Below, in pieces: positions 24,803 to 37,800 of a DNA stretch of 64,000 bases. The notes beneath the pieces are model-generated. The model saw nothing but the letters and a program-made list of their open reading frames with translations, did not search any database and was not told where the DNA came from. Position numbers and translations under genes: made by a program. This stretch comes from Lytechinus pictus (taxonomy: Eukaryota), in the NCBI RefSeq assembly GCF_037042905.1, contig NW_026974140.1:19468001-19532000 (forward strand), written 5' to 3'. Within the stretch, counting starts at the first letter, position 1, and each line of letters opens with the position of its first letter.

Positions 24803-26738
24803 TTTGATCTTAATCACTCTACCTCTCAGATTCAATTATCGGACCTTCAAATATATCTGTTAAGTTGTGGAAAATTGTAAGAAAGTTCTAAGCAATTTAC
24901 ATTTGGAGGGGTAAATTTCATCATAAAATTCCCGTAATCTTTAAAAACCATAGGTCTATTTCGATGACCCATTTTATAGGCATTCCGTGACGTAACTTAT
25001 ATACTCTCACCAATATATGAAAAATCTTTGAAACAATGAAATATATTTACAACAAATACTAGTATGATACATGCACCAAATACTGAAAGATTCAATATAA
25101 CCTCCATTGAACTAAACAATGATTTTTTTTAAATATAATATTCACTCAGTTTTAATTGTGTCATACGAACGTGCAATCTGAACCAAACAAACAATACATT
25201 ATTACGATTAATCCTGAGACAAATTATATTTAAGTCAAGTCTGGCTTTTTGTGAGCATGATGATAATTACCCATTCAATGCATACCGCAGAATTATGAAC
25301 TAGGCATTCTTCCAAAACCTCGTGGTTATATTTTTTTCGGAAATAATGAAAAGGAGATCTACTTAAACTAACCAAACATCATTTCAATTAAATTAATTTC
25401 ATTGTTTTTTTTTCCTAAAATATTCTACTTTTTTTTTCTTCTTCAATTGTAATAGTGAAATAATTCTAAGGAATGATTATACGAAACATAATTCATATTG
25501 TTCCGATAAGTCAAAAGTAAAAAACAATTATATTGTCTGTATAGGCGTTTGTGAACTGAAGTACATGAATGTATTAAGCCTTTTAGCGTGTCGGTTCCCC
25601 CCCCCCCCGATTTTCCTGATAATATTTTTGTTTTCAATTTATTGTTTTTTTTATTGTTCTACACGATTTGGTTTTGGAGCTCTCGTTATAAGTTTTTGAA
25701 ATCCTTCCGTCTGATTGGCTCATGGAAAATTTGTCAATAAAAATCAATGCTAAGATTGTTTATGAAATACTCCCCTGAATAACGTGAGCTATGAATAAAA
25801 CTGACAGAGAGTAGAAATGTTGCTCCCATCACGCAACTATTATTATTTGTTATACCCGTTACCATGGTATCATATCAATGTATATATTGTGTAATATAAT
25901 TGTTTCTGTTATCTCCGAATATTAGTCGCTTGTGCAATTAGTATAATTATGACTACAATGTTTTTGTACACCAGCAATTAATTAAGTTCTCTATTTCTTG
26001 AGTCGTCTCCTGTAGATTCTGTTGACAACATTCTCATCACACGCACGACTCAATATACTCCTGCTTTCTTCTTAACGAAAATCCAGCTCGAACAAAACAC
26101 CATTTTCTTTGTTGGACCTGTTATTAGTAATTTCTGCCTTTGATTTATGAAAACGGAAGATTTTTTATGATTATAATCCATCGATTAATTTGAAAAATAT
26201 GAAAAATTGTCGATATATAGATTCTGCTCAAAGTAAACATTGTTTTCTGGTTATAATGCTTTCCTTGAGTGACACTCAGTTGCATTTTTACATTGAATAA
26301 ATAAAATGAGTTTACATTATTGCATAAAGATGGACGTTGAATTATTCATTATAACACAATCAAAAGAGTGATTCGATTATCGAAGAAATAAATTATCAAT
26401 GGTAAACCAACCTCCATCAGGGCTATGTCTTAATTGATGACATTAATACGGTATGTTTACAATCAGATAAAGACGTATTCAAAATTAAATTCAAATAAAC
26501 TATAAAAAAAACCAGGGCGATTAGTTTATCTCAAATATAAGATACAACAGTAAATCCTACTTAAGAAAGCGACTGTTTTAATAATGCTACATATCGATAA
26601 TGAAACGAACACTTTAAATCATATCAACATTTTAAATATCAGTTCACTGATGGAAAGTAGTATTTCATACATTTCAGTTTCTTTATCAAACCCTAATTCT
26701 AAAAATTCAATGTTGGCACCGGATAAACAGATACTCAC

Positions 26739-26930
26739 CTCTGTGCGGTAGTGAAAATAGGAAGAATTTTGCAATGAATCGAAGAAGTTAGGTTATCAGT
26801 CAATGAAAAATTATTAGCCCTAAGTACATGTCTGAAAGACGACACACATAGAAAGGAACCAAACACACACCTTCCAGGGTCAAGATACAACTTTGATCTT
26901 CTCTCTTCCATCACAAACCAGATAATCACT
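26739..26930 (-). other. Probable 5' non-coding exon of the MS4A-like gene (upstream boundary uncertain)
   Basis: Strong donor AG|gtgagt at 26738 on the - strand; the first coding exon has an acceptor and so needs an upstream exon. Confidence 0.4.
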
Positions 26931-27901
26931 AAACTGTGTTGACTTCTTTACCACAACTCATACCACCCATCATTATGGTGCAAGGTACAAAATAAGAGCC
27001 TACCACCCCTGTATGTTCCACTCCTCACTCTTCGAATCCTTCCATCAGTTTCAAACCAACTCTCTTTACTGTACCTTCAGAAAGTGAACTTGATCTTAAC
27101 CGGAAATGTTGTGAAATTTGTGGATAAAACTAAATGCTAAGAAAACATCTTTTTCTTCTCATGACCCTGGTTATAAACTTTGTGCATAATAAACTTCTAA
27201 ACGATAGGCTATGAGCCATGCAATCAAATATCTTAACAAAATAGAGAACTTTTAGTTTAGGGCCACAATATTCCAGGTTAATAAGGTCCGGAATAGAGCC
27301 AATTGTGTCACAGAAAATGTCAGAGTGTACTGTACCCACTCCGTACGTATCTCACCCTACTCATCTCTATTTTTTAAATATTTCTTTCCTTTGAAATCTT
27401 TAAAAAATCTTTAGTCAAATAAAAAACAATGAAATGGGGGAAAATAGATAAAAGATGACAAGATAAGATTGAGAATGGGTGAAGGAGAGAGAGAGAGGGG
27501 GGGGGGTGGATGGTTGGGGTTAAAATAAAACAACATCGAGGAGAGAAGTTTTTACTTTTCAATTCAATTTATTTTCTACATATTGAGTAAAAATAAATCA
27601 TACAATATCAGTACAATCCCTTTCAGTCACCAGTCTCGATGATTGAATAATACTGCTTCCAGTGATCCCCTAGACATGCTAGACGTGGTAGTTTGAATAC
27701 CCTCAAGGAGTTTTCACCCTCCCAGTCGAAAGACCCTGTGGTTGAAAAAGGGTTCATTTGTCTGAACCTTCAAGGGTTCAAAATGTTGAAGACTAGACGG
27801 TAGATCTTCCCCTTGCATTGATTCCACTAATTACAAATACTTGTCGATTATCGGACACGTTTAACCATCCACTATTACAAGATTTCTAGTCATCATTGAT
27901 A

Positions 27902-28050
27902 TTTTTCGGCATCACCAATTTTTCCAAAGGGCAGATAGCTCTGGGGAACCTTGATTTAAGCTACGCCTTCCATTGTTCTCTTCATCCATTTCTTTCACAA
28001 AATATTTAAATAAAAGAGTTGCCAAAGCTGTTGTACATATATGATTTCCC
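27902..28050 (+). mobile_element. 3' fragment of the 411-bp repeat (post-tRNA part) followed by (TA)n
   Basis: tttttcggcatcacc...ggcagatagctctggggaaccttgatttaagctacgcc...gagttgccaaagctgttgtacat matches about 46417-46560. Confidence 0.85.
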
Positions 28051-28058
28051 ATATATAT

Positions 28059-28092
<34 letters not shown>

Positions 28093-30090
28093 CACATGTA
28101 TATATATACAGTATATATATTTAAAGAAAGTAGTAATTGTAATTTCATTTGACCGCACCACGCTCATGATTTATGTCAGTTTATAAACTGATTCTTTTTA
28201 AATATATTTCAATCAAAACTTTAAATTACAGTCAATTACAATCGACCAATTAAAAAAATTACCTAAAAGAATTTCGCCCCGATGAGCTACCGAAATAAAA
28301 ATTGATTTGCACAGTTTTTCTTCACTAAATCAACTTCCTGAAACCACAGTGGAAGAACAGAAGTGACTTCATAATTGATTATTTCCTTGTATTGTTTTGT
28401 GATATATATCTTCCTGTAATTCCAAAACACAGCTCCTATGGTGCTAGATGTCAATCATGATGTGTCCCAGTATATACTAGTGAGGGGTTTTCACATATCA
28501 CTAAAAGCATGTTATAACTACCCTATCATCTTAGAAATTAATGTAAAAACAATATATGAAAGTTTGCATGTATTTTCAAAAAGAGTGCTTAATTGACTTC
28601 TTCTTTTTTAAGTTTCAGATCCATTTATCGGGTGAAAGAAATTGTCTTACCTTAATGTAATTGATTTGATGATCCTCTCTCAGACCCAATCAAATATTAA
28701 TTGATGATAGTGAACATCAAATCCAAGCATCTATTCCTGGACAGCTCAGGCCACGAATAAAGCTGTCTCTTATGGTTCAGCTCCATCAATGAAATGGAAA
28801 CAAGCCGCCAAACATGCCAAAAAGACGATCGAAATGTAATTCTACGAACGATATGTCTGTGTATCGAAATAACTACATACCCTTTTTGGCAACACTCTTC
28901 AAACTTTTGATGGACGACTTTTCGTACTTGAGTCAAATCCAACGTGTACTTGATATGCCAAATGACAGATAGAAAAAGAGATTTGCGGGTCGCACTCTCG
29001 TTTGCCAGCCAAATCTCCTAAATATTCGAGAAGTTGAGGATAAAAACATGAACTTTTTTGTTGGAAATCAATATTCAAAGCACATGGGATTCACAGTCAT
29101 AAGTATGCTAATGGTACTTTTATTCATCTATTAAAATATGATGACATGTTTGGTAATAAATGTCGAAACAGCTTTGGCACAACTTTATTGTATATTCGAG
29201 TTGAAACAATACGATTGGATTGAAATAAGAACACGAAGTCTACAACTTTACTACAAAAAATCACACCACACAATGAAGAATAAAATATCAAGGAAAAGAA
29301 AAGGATAAGTTTGAAAGTAAGAGGGAACTGATCAATCTTTGTATGTTGATGAGTATAACCTGGTTTTAGGTACAGTCATCCATCATGAAATATAATCTCA
29401 CTATCATGGCTTGAGAGAGGAAGTGAATGAATGCAAAGACAGAGTCAGCAAACGGTCCTTGTTAGACAAGTTAGGATCGCTTTATAGATTTTTTGAAACG
29501 CAATTGCCTCCCGTTTTGGGGTCACATTTTTTTCTTATTGTCAGGAAATTATGAAAAAAAAATCTACAATCAGTTTGAGCCATTTTATTCATGAAGTCCT
29601 GAATCCACCCATGGTAGATTTATAAAAGTATATGAAATCTAGTTACAAGTAAATCAAAGCGTTGCTAACAAAACTTTAAAACTGAGTTTCATTTTCATAA
29701 ACTTGTGACATCGAAGTCACAGAAGCTTATAAAAACTGTAATTGGTCTGGACGTTTCGAGCATGTAAACTCGGATCTTCATATATCCGACAGTCCTTTTT
29801 CAGGGCGACTTTACATGGAGACACTGAAAACCTGATGTTCTAGCCTTACCACCATGCAAACCTTCAAAACTCAAGATAAATTTTGTAGCCAAGGCATTAT
29901 AAATAACCAGTGGCGTAGACAGGTTCGTACACCTGGGGGGGATGACTGGGCTGCCAACGCTAGCGAGGGAGCGAAGCGACCGAGAGGGGGGAGGGTGTGG
30001 GAGGGGGGTGTCCCCCCTCCCACGGTAGGGAGCTTTTGCAATTTTGAACTTGAAATCGTGCAATCTGATGCATACTTAATGAGGTAAAAT

Positions 30091-30106
30091 AACACACACA
30101 AGCGCG

Positions 30107-30146
<40 letters not shown>

Positions 30147-30190
30147 CTCACATACACACACACACACGGGTGCGCGCACCACACACATAC
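30091..30190. repeat. (CA)n microsatellite
   Basis: Direct reading. Confidence 0.9.
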
Positions 30191-30705
30191 TACGCCTTGA
30201 ATGGACAGACATACATCGACAAGATCTACACACCGTGGCATACGAATACAGAATGGACTGACACATAGTATTGCATATTGAACCACACTACGTATTTATT
30301 TATCTCTGTGAATTTTGCTGTTACACCTCTTCAGAAAAAAAAAAACAATGTCAACTGTGTACACGCAGGTATAGTCTTTGTTGTCTTGATATGGGTATGT
30401 GGTTATGAATGAAAACAGCCTCTGTGGCCATTTGTGAATAGAACACATAAACAACAAACAAATAACAATATGTCTGTTCATTATAAAGCATAATGAATAC
30501 GTACATACTATGCTTTTTTTTACCTCAAAGAAACAGGCATAGTATCCATAGATGGATATTGGCTGACGGCTCATTAACATACAGATACAAAAAACATAAA
30601 CAGTATCACTATGATCCATGGAGTAACAATACTGCTTTGTAAGTTTGTGAAGAAATCGGAACCATAACGGCATTGCATCGTTTCAAATTAGGGCATTATT
30701 TACTT

Positions 30706-30844
30706 NNNNNNNNNNNNNNNNNNNNNNNNNNNNNNNNNNNNNNNNNNNNNNNNNNNNNNNNNNNNNNNNNNNNNNNNNNNNNNNNNNNNNNNNNNNNNNN
30801 NNNNNNNNNNNNNNNNNNNNNNNNNNNNNNNNNNNNNNNNNNNN
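30706..30844. other. Assembly gap (N run)
   Basis: Direct reading. Confidence 1.
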
Positions 30845-31398
30845 AACTTATCCATTGGCAACTACTGAAGGATCGCGGTAAAATGACTTGTGATCACGCT
30901 TGGGAACATCAGCCACAAACGATCACCACGATCAATAACAGCACCATATATTGGAACTGTGGCGTACTAACGGATAGAACCATCAACTGCAACAAGCCGG
31001 ACATCATCGTCAGAGACAACAACGTAGTAAATATCATTGAGGTCTCTGTTCCCCACGATATCAACATTGCTGTAAAGGAAAGAGACAAACGGCTCAAGTA
31101 TCAAGACCTAAGGATTGAGATCGAGAGGATGTGGAACGTGAAAGCAGAGGTCACACCAGTCATCATTGGTCACTCAGGAATGGTGAAGAAGGGAATGGAA
31201 GCCTGCATAACCAAGATCTCTCCTCACCTTCGGATGTACGACATTCAGAAGGCAGCTATCTTGGGTACAACCAGATTGATAAGAAAGACTCTCGGACATT
31301 AGTAGTGTAAAGTTCCTAGTTGCACTTGAAATTACTTGGTGCTTTTTGTTAGAGCAAAGTTATTCAAGAAAAAAATACGGACTTGATCCTGTTTAGAG

Positions 31399-31400
<2 letters not shown>
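30845..31400 (+). mobile_element. 3' end of a non-LTR retrotransposon with restriction-like endonuclease (R4/Dong-like); ORF remnant ends at 31302
   Basis: LIHWQL...WEHQP...IYWN...TDRTINCNKPDIIV...IIEVSVP...KRLKYQDL...PVIIG..G...IQKAAILGT: PD-(D/E)xK RLE domain; short 3' UTR then (TAA)n; 5' side lost in the gap. Confidence 0.88.
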
Positions 31401-31470
<70 letters not shown>

Positions 31471-31473
31471 TAA
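31400..31473. repeat. (TAA)n microsatellite, retrotransposon tail or target
   Basis: Direct reading. Confidence 0.95.
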
Positions 31474-32301
31474 TGAGCTTGCTTGGAACAGCTCATATCT
31501 TACGGAAGGTCTTGAATTAGAAAGAGAAGTGAACAATGAGAAGAGGACCCATTTGATAGAATATAGAACAATAACCCTAGATTTCTGGAAGAAGTCCGGT
31601 TGCTGTTTAATATACCAACATAACATCAAGTTGTGGACAATGGAAATAATAATAATAATAATAATACAAATAAAAAATAATACTAATACAAATAATAATG
31701 CTAATACTAATAGGTTCCTTTTATCTCGCATTTCAAGACAGGGTAAATTCACACTGCGCTTTATTATTATTATTATCATTATTATCATCATCATAATTAT
31801 TATTATTATTAATATTATAATTGTTATCATTATTATTATTACTATTATTATCATCATTATGACTTATTAAGTAACCGAATATCATTCCCCAAAACCTGGG
31901 GGGGGGGATGATTGTACATGCCATCCCCCCCACCTTGTGAGGTGGGGGGGATGCATCCCCCTCATCCCCCCCGTTGTCTACGCCCCTGTAAATAACGATA
32001 AGCGACAGCCAGCTTAGCACATTGTTTTGACAGCTTTGATTTATTCATGAAATAAGTATTGTCTCTATCATGTCAAATATAATAATTCATTATTATCAAG
32101 ATTATTGTACAATAGTTAGTCTTTCATACAGAAACTATATTCTAATAAGATGTGCAGTGGTTTTCACAGTACACCATGCATCTTTCTTGGGCAATTGTTT
32201 GCCCTGGAAATGACCAACAATTGCCCAAGAAAGATACATGGTGTACCGTGAAATCCATTATATACATCTTCTTCTTCGCCATGGAAACCTTTAGAAGTTA
32301 C

Positions 32302-33312
32302 CATAGGTGTCGATTTCGTGTGATGATTGGGGGGGGGGGGGGGTGATTGGTGTCTGAGTCCCGGCGAGAGTGTTGGAGGCGGGTATCCCCCCTTCCACGG
32401 TAGGGACGTTTTAAAAAATTGACATGCGAAAACCTCATTTTAGAGCATACTAAACTCACTTTTTAGGCCATAATATTGTAGTTAACTTTCACTATTGAAT
32501 TACCATATATTGTAACACACAAGTTTCAAGTATTTCATATCAATAAAAAGAACAAATCAAAACATTGACAGTAAGGGGAGTAGGCCTACTTGAATATGGA
32601 ATAGCATATCTAAGTAACGCTTAAAACAACCAATAAGAACACATTTATTGATCATAAGGTAAAAAAACATATACAAATACAGTTCCGTGTAAAGTCAAAA
32701 TGTCATTTCTATGAGATAACTACATGATTTTTTTAATGTCGTGTCAGATTCCGACTGTTAACATGGCAAAAACAAAATAAAGAAGTATCTTAAAAGACTT
32801 TTCAAATAGTTTATATAGAAGTCAAATCTATTTGTGAGATTTAGGGCCTATACATCATCTTCTTGGAAGATGTTATAGCGTAAGCTTACATTTTAATGGA
32901 TCGCCTGAATTGTTGTTTAAACAATTTTGCTTGTATGCACCATCGAAAAATGAGAGAGGGCCTAAACATGTGCATTTATTCATGGCTCATGAAATTACCC
33001 TATATCGGCAAGTTCACTTATCACATATGTATAGATGATTGCGTTAACTATTTTCAAAACAGACTTGTCAACTTCAGAAAAAACAACAACTAAGGATTAA
33101 CTGATTTGGGGAACGATTCTTTTTCTTATTTGTACTTCTTTCTTGTCAAATTTTATTGATTTTTATTTTAATAAATTATCGATTTTTTTCTGGAGATATA
33201 CTGTTTTTTATGCCCTCGAAATATTGGGAGATGATTGTACAGGCCACTCCCCCCTGAACTTTTTTTTGGGGGATATATCCCCTATCCCCCCTCTCCGGGA
33301 TCGACACCCATG
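32302..33312. mobile_element. Non-autonomous DNA transposon with CAT...ATG termini and 8-bp TSD (P- or hAT-like)
   Basis: CATAGGTGTCGAT / ATCGACACCCATG TIRs; GAAGTTAC duplicated at 32294-32301 and 33313-33320. Confidence 0.85.
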
Positions 33313-34305
33313 GAAGTTACAGTCGAACAATTTTCTTCATCGTTTGTGTGCGTGCGCGCATGCTGGGGGAATATTTATATTTAGTTTATTCTTTACAATA
33401 CAGCCCGTGTGATTGATTGATGAGGGAGGATGATAGTGTCAGATGAGAACAGGAACATGATTCCCAAGATGATTTGAATAAAGGATAGAATTTACATAGT
33501 ATCACTCATGATCACAAGTTTGATGATCCCCATGTCAGTTCAATCAAGAATTACAAAGAGGCGACGTGTTTCAAAATATTTAATCAGGAATTGATTAAAA
33601 TAGTATTTTCTGATCGTTTATATACGTACGTTGGCCTTGCTAAATATTTGAAGCAATACTGGATTTGATAAAACATCGACCGAAACCAAATTGAAAGTTG
33701 CTTGAAAAGAAACGCAGATTGATGGAAGACTGAACAATTTCGAACAAACAATAATAATTGTGGACTTTGTTACATTATTTAAAAAGAATTATTGTAATCA
33801 CTATATTGTGATTTCCATCTACCCACATGTGATGTACATGTAATGGGACAACTCATCCATTTACCTGTTTACTCCTCTAAACAAAATCATATCTAATTAT
33901 ATTCTTGATCTATTGATTATCCCCATGAAGGGGGGGGGGGACCCGAAAATGTCTGATAATTAAGTCTATATATAAATGGAAGAATTGTTTCATACCGATT
34001 GTCATTATCTAATTTTTCAAACAGCCGCAAACTATTCCTTGCCCGATTTCACCTTCTGTTTTTTATTATTATTATTATCGGACAAATTAGCAAGGATTTT
34101 TCTCAGTTAAGAATGAGGTGATCTCAAAATCACGAATGATATTCATCAAGAGTAAACCATTGGGTGTAAACGTAAAAACTTGTTCTCGGCATACCGAACT
34201 AAGGTTGAAAAGAGAAAATAAAACAGTAAAAAAATTAGATGTTCATGCAGCTTCGCTCCATGGAGATATGAAGACTTCCGTGCCCCCCTTTCCCTCTCAT
34301 CCGAC

Positions 34306-34843
34306 CCCGGGGGGGGGGGGCACTCGACCAAAAAAGTGGTAGGGGTGTGCCGCGGGCGAGACAAAAAACGGGGGCCTTGGAGCGGGCTTATTGTAAAAAG
34401 GAGGGTCCTCGGAACGGGCTTCGGAACTACAATTTTGTGAAAACGGGGGTCCTTGGAACGGATCGCCATGCAGCGTGCGAGTACGTGCGTATGTACCCCT
34501 ATGGAACGGGCATGCGTGCATGATGCAGCTATACCATAGACGAGCTATACGCGGCCTCCGCTGGGTGCGCTAGCGCAGAGACGATGGTCGGACAGCGCTC
34601 GGCGGCCGCTTTTCACCAAAATTGCAGCAGATCAATGCGACCGGAACGGCGTAACGAAAAATATGCGAAGCTTTGGAGCGGATTTCTTTCTTTTTTTTTT
34701 CTCGATAAGAACAAAGTGCTATGCCTTGGAGCGGCTTTCTTTGTTTTTTGTCTCGATAAGACAAAAATGCTATGCCTCGGAACGAAAATTTGAGTGTGAA
34801 AATGGGGGTCCCCTCCGCGGCACATACCCACTATGCATTATAT
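34306..34843. mobile_element. Second copy of the 21341-21924 element, right terminus lost
   Basis: Colinear, high similarity to 21341-21900. Confidence 0.8.
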
Positions 34844-37800
34844 ACATGCCCGACCCACAAACCGATAATTGGGTTCACGAACTGACTTTCTTTTCTTTAA
34901 TGATTCAGCAGGGTTGAATGAGCCATAATAAGTGGCTGATCCAGGATCTGTTAAGGCAAGTGAATATCTAGGGGCTCACTTTGTCTTTTAAAAACTTTGT
35001 TGATAAACACAACAAAGGTCACAGGTCACCACATTTTCTGATTTGAGTGGTAACGGAGTGGGGGGGGGGGGGGGGGGGCTACATCGACAACTTATTGAAG
35101 GTGAAACATAATTACTGATGAATAGAACACGTACATTCTCCTGCTATAGCATTTCGTTGAAAAAGAAAATAGGAATATAAGCCTATAAGCCTATATATCA
35201 AAACTCCTTGGTTTTATGAACATGAAAGCGAATCGTCCGTGTTTCAATTTCCTTGAACGTCTAGTCACATCAATTGAGTCTGTTATATCATGTATATTGT
35301 TTAACATATCCAATTCTTTAGAACAACATGTATTGGCTTCAATTATAACAAAATAATTCCAAAAGTTAATGCTTTGTATGCAAGTATCTTCTTGAACATG
35401 ACTGTGTAGTGTAGTTTAAGAAAGAAACTCATATGAATACTAAAACGATGTGAATTTTAATCCCATGCTTTGTTCCTACTCAACATCCCACCATGATAAT
35501 GCAACAAACGAGGGGCGGCGCTATATGGGGGGGGGGGGGGGGGTGGGAGGTGTCAAGTAGTGGGGAAAACAAGCAAAATAATAGGCAGGGGGAGGGTACA
35601 CCATCATACCCATAGTAAAGTGTCTGATGTGTACCGTGTTAAATGGATGGTCCGGGCTGAAAGTATTTATAGCTTAATATATAGAGTAGAATTCATTGAG
35701 CAAAATGCCAAAAATTTCATCAAAATCGGATAACAAATAACAAAGTTATTGAATTTTAAAGTTTAGCAATATTTTGTGAAAACAGTCGTCATGAATATTC
35801 ATTAGGTGGGCTGATGATGTCACATCCCCACTTGTTCTTTTGTATTTTATTGTATGAAATTAGGTTTATTCAAATTTTCTCCTTCAAGAACTAGAAAAAT
35901 TGGATTGACAACTGATTTAATGCATTAGATATTTATTGCTGCAACTTATTTCATTATAAGGGAGACATATTATTCACACAAGTATGAAATAATGAAAAAA
36001 TTATGATTTTATGTAATAACATAAGAAAACGGAGTTTCTTTCTTAAACTACACTTCAACAGTCATGTTCAAGAAGATAAGGGGGTAAGGGTGGGTTTCAC
36101 GGTGAAATATCGCAATCACACCCATTTTGATCAGTCGATGCGATCTAGTTCACTCTCAAGTAAAATCTAGGATTTCCTCCCTAGCAACCACATATGGTAA
36201 TTCCCCTAGCAACCACGGATAATAACAAGGGATTTTTAGGTCAAGGCTGTCTGGTAGAGTTTCGGGGAAAGAGGTGATTTAAAGGGTATTACGATTAGTA
36301 AAGTAAGGTAAATACGATGATAATGGATAATCTATTAACAATGAAATATATAAATGTATTAAATTGAACCTATGCCAAAAAGTGTTACAAAAACTAATTT
36401 GTTAAGACCTAAAACCTACATAAAAATGAAAGCATAATTTTTTACAGGAAGCTCTAAACTACAAATTTAAACAAATTTCTAGGACAAAATAAAACAAAAA
36501 AAACGCATGTTGATTGTGATGTGAATAGAAAAACAAGAATACATTTGACGGTGTCAGCGCTCTTGAAATTATTGTTTAATATTGTATTTTTTATTATGAA
36601 ACAAATAAAACATAAGTTTTGAATGAAAATGATTGTGTATCTACGGAAAGTATTATCAACACTTTCTGGGAAATCAGCAATCTGTGGCCTTTTGTTTTCT
36701 TTGTAGCTGTTTTGATATTTCAAGGTGCTGATTTTGAAAGGCAAAGTCCACCCCAACAAAGATGATTTGAATGAATAGATGACAATCATAAAATATAGCA
36801 ATGGAATTTTTTTAATTAAAACGGATATAAAAATATTAAAACATTTTACAGTTTTTCCTACCTTTACGAAACAGTTATGCAGAAAGGGCGGCATGCAATG
36901 AGAGAACTAATTACGTCACAAACATACTTTAAATTGTGATTATCTTAATGTTTTCCTACAATCATGAAAAATACATTTCGATTCCACCTTTATTAGAACT
37001 GATAATGAATCAAGTTTTTTTCTCATAAAATTTACAAAAATCGTTTATTACAAGGATTGAATAAAAAAATTGTGTATGACATCATCTTTCTCAGCTGCAT
37101 CACACTGTTTTGAGCATAGACTGATTTATGAAATGAAACAAAGATGCATAACGTTATTATTTCACATTTTGATGTGATCTTAAGTGTTAAGCTTGCTCAA
37201 TTTGTCTCTATCTATTCAAATCAAATTATTGTTGGGTTTAACGTTACCTTTAAGTTGAGCTCATGTGTTGAATAATGATCCACGTCAATCATGTTGAATT
37301 ACCATCACTTTTGTTTTCTCAGCGAAGACAAACAATCCTTTGGCAGTGTCATACTTATCGTTCAATATAAGAATTGAAATTGTCCTTAGTAAGTCTAATG
37401 TAGTTTGACTACACTATGGGATAGTTAAGATATAGTTGGAGGATATTTGGCAAGATATAGAGGTCAAGAGACAAATCTTCTCTTGGCAGAAACCCAGGGA
37501 ATCATGCGTATAACCCTATAGAGTTAAAACACAACATCTGATTTGAGAACACACCTTACTCGACAAGAGATAAGGGAAACAGAACACTTCCTTGGTTGCC
37601 ATACCCATCCTGGGATAGTGACAAGGCTAAGGGTTTACAAGGTACTCAAACTTATTCTTCGTCCTTTCAGGAATTGTACTGTAACATTTCCTTTGACTTT
37701 GCTTCATTAATTTAAATAAGCTCAATTTCAGGAGTAATTAATACAGAGCTGCTGCTTTCTGAGCAACATTTATTAATTTGCTAAATCAATTTGAAATTAT

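Larger units (their letters stand above)
29908..31988. mobile_element. hAT-like non-autonomous element carrying a nested retrotransposon fragment and microsatellites
   Basis: TIRs CAGTGGCGTAGAC / GTCTACGCCCCTG; exact 8-bp TSD TAAATAAC at 29900-29907 and 31989-31996. Confidence 0.85.

Noticed and set aside
30673-30844. Start of the 209-aa ORF spanning the N gap
   Set aside because: Continuity across Ns is an artefact; the left side cannot be tied to the RLE frame.
31393-32020. Poly-Ile/Leu/Asn ORFs
   Set aside because: Translations of (TAA)n/(ATT)n microsatellites.
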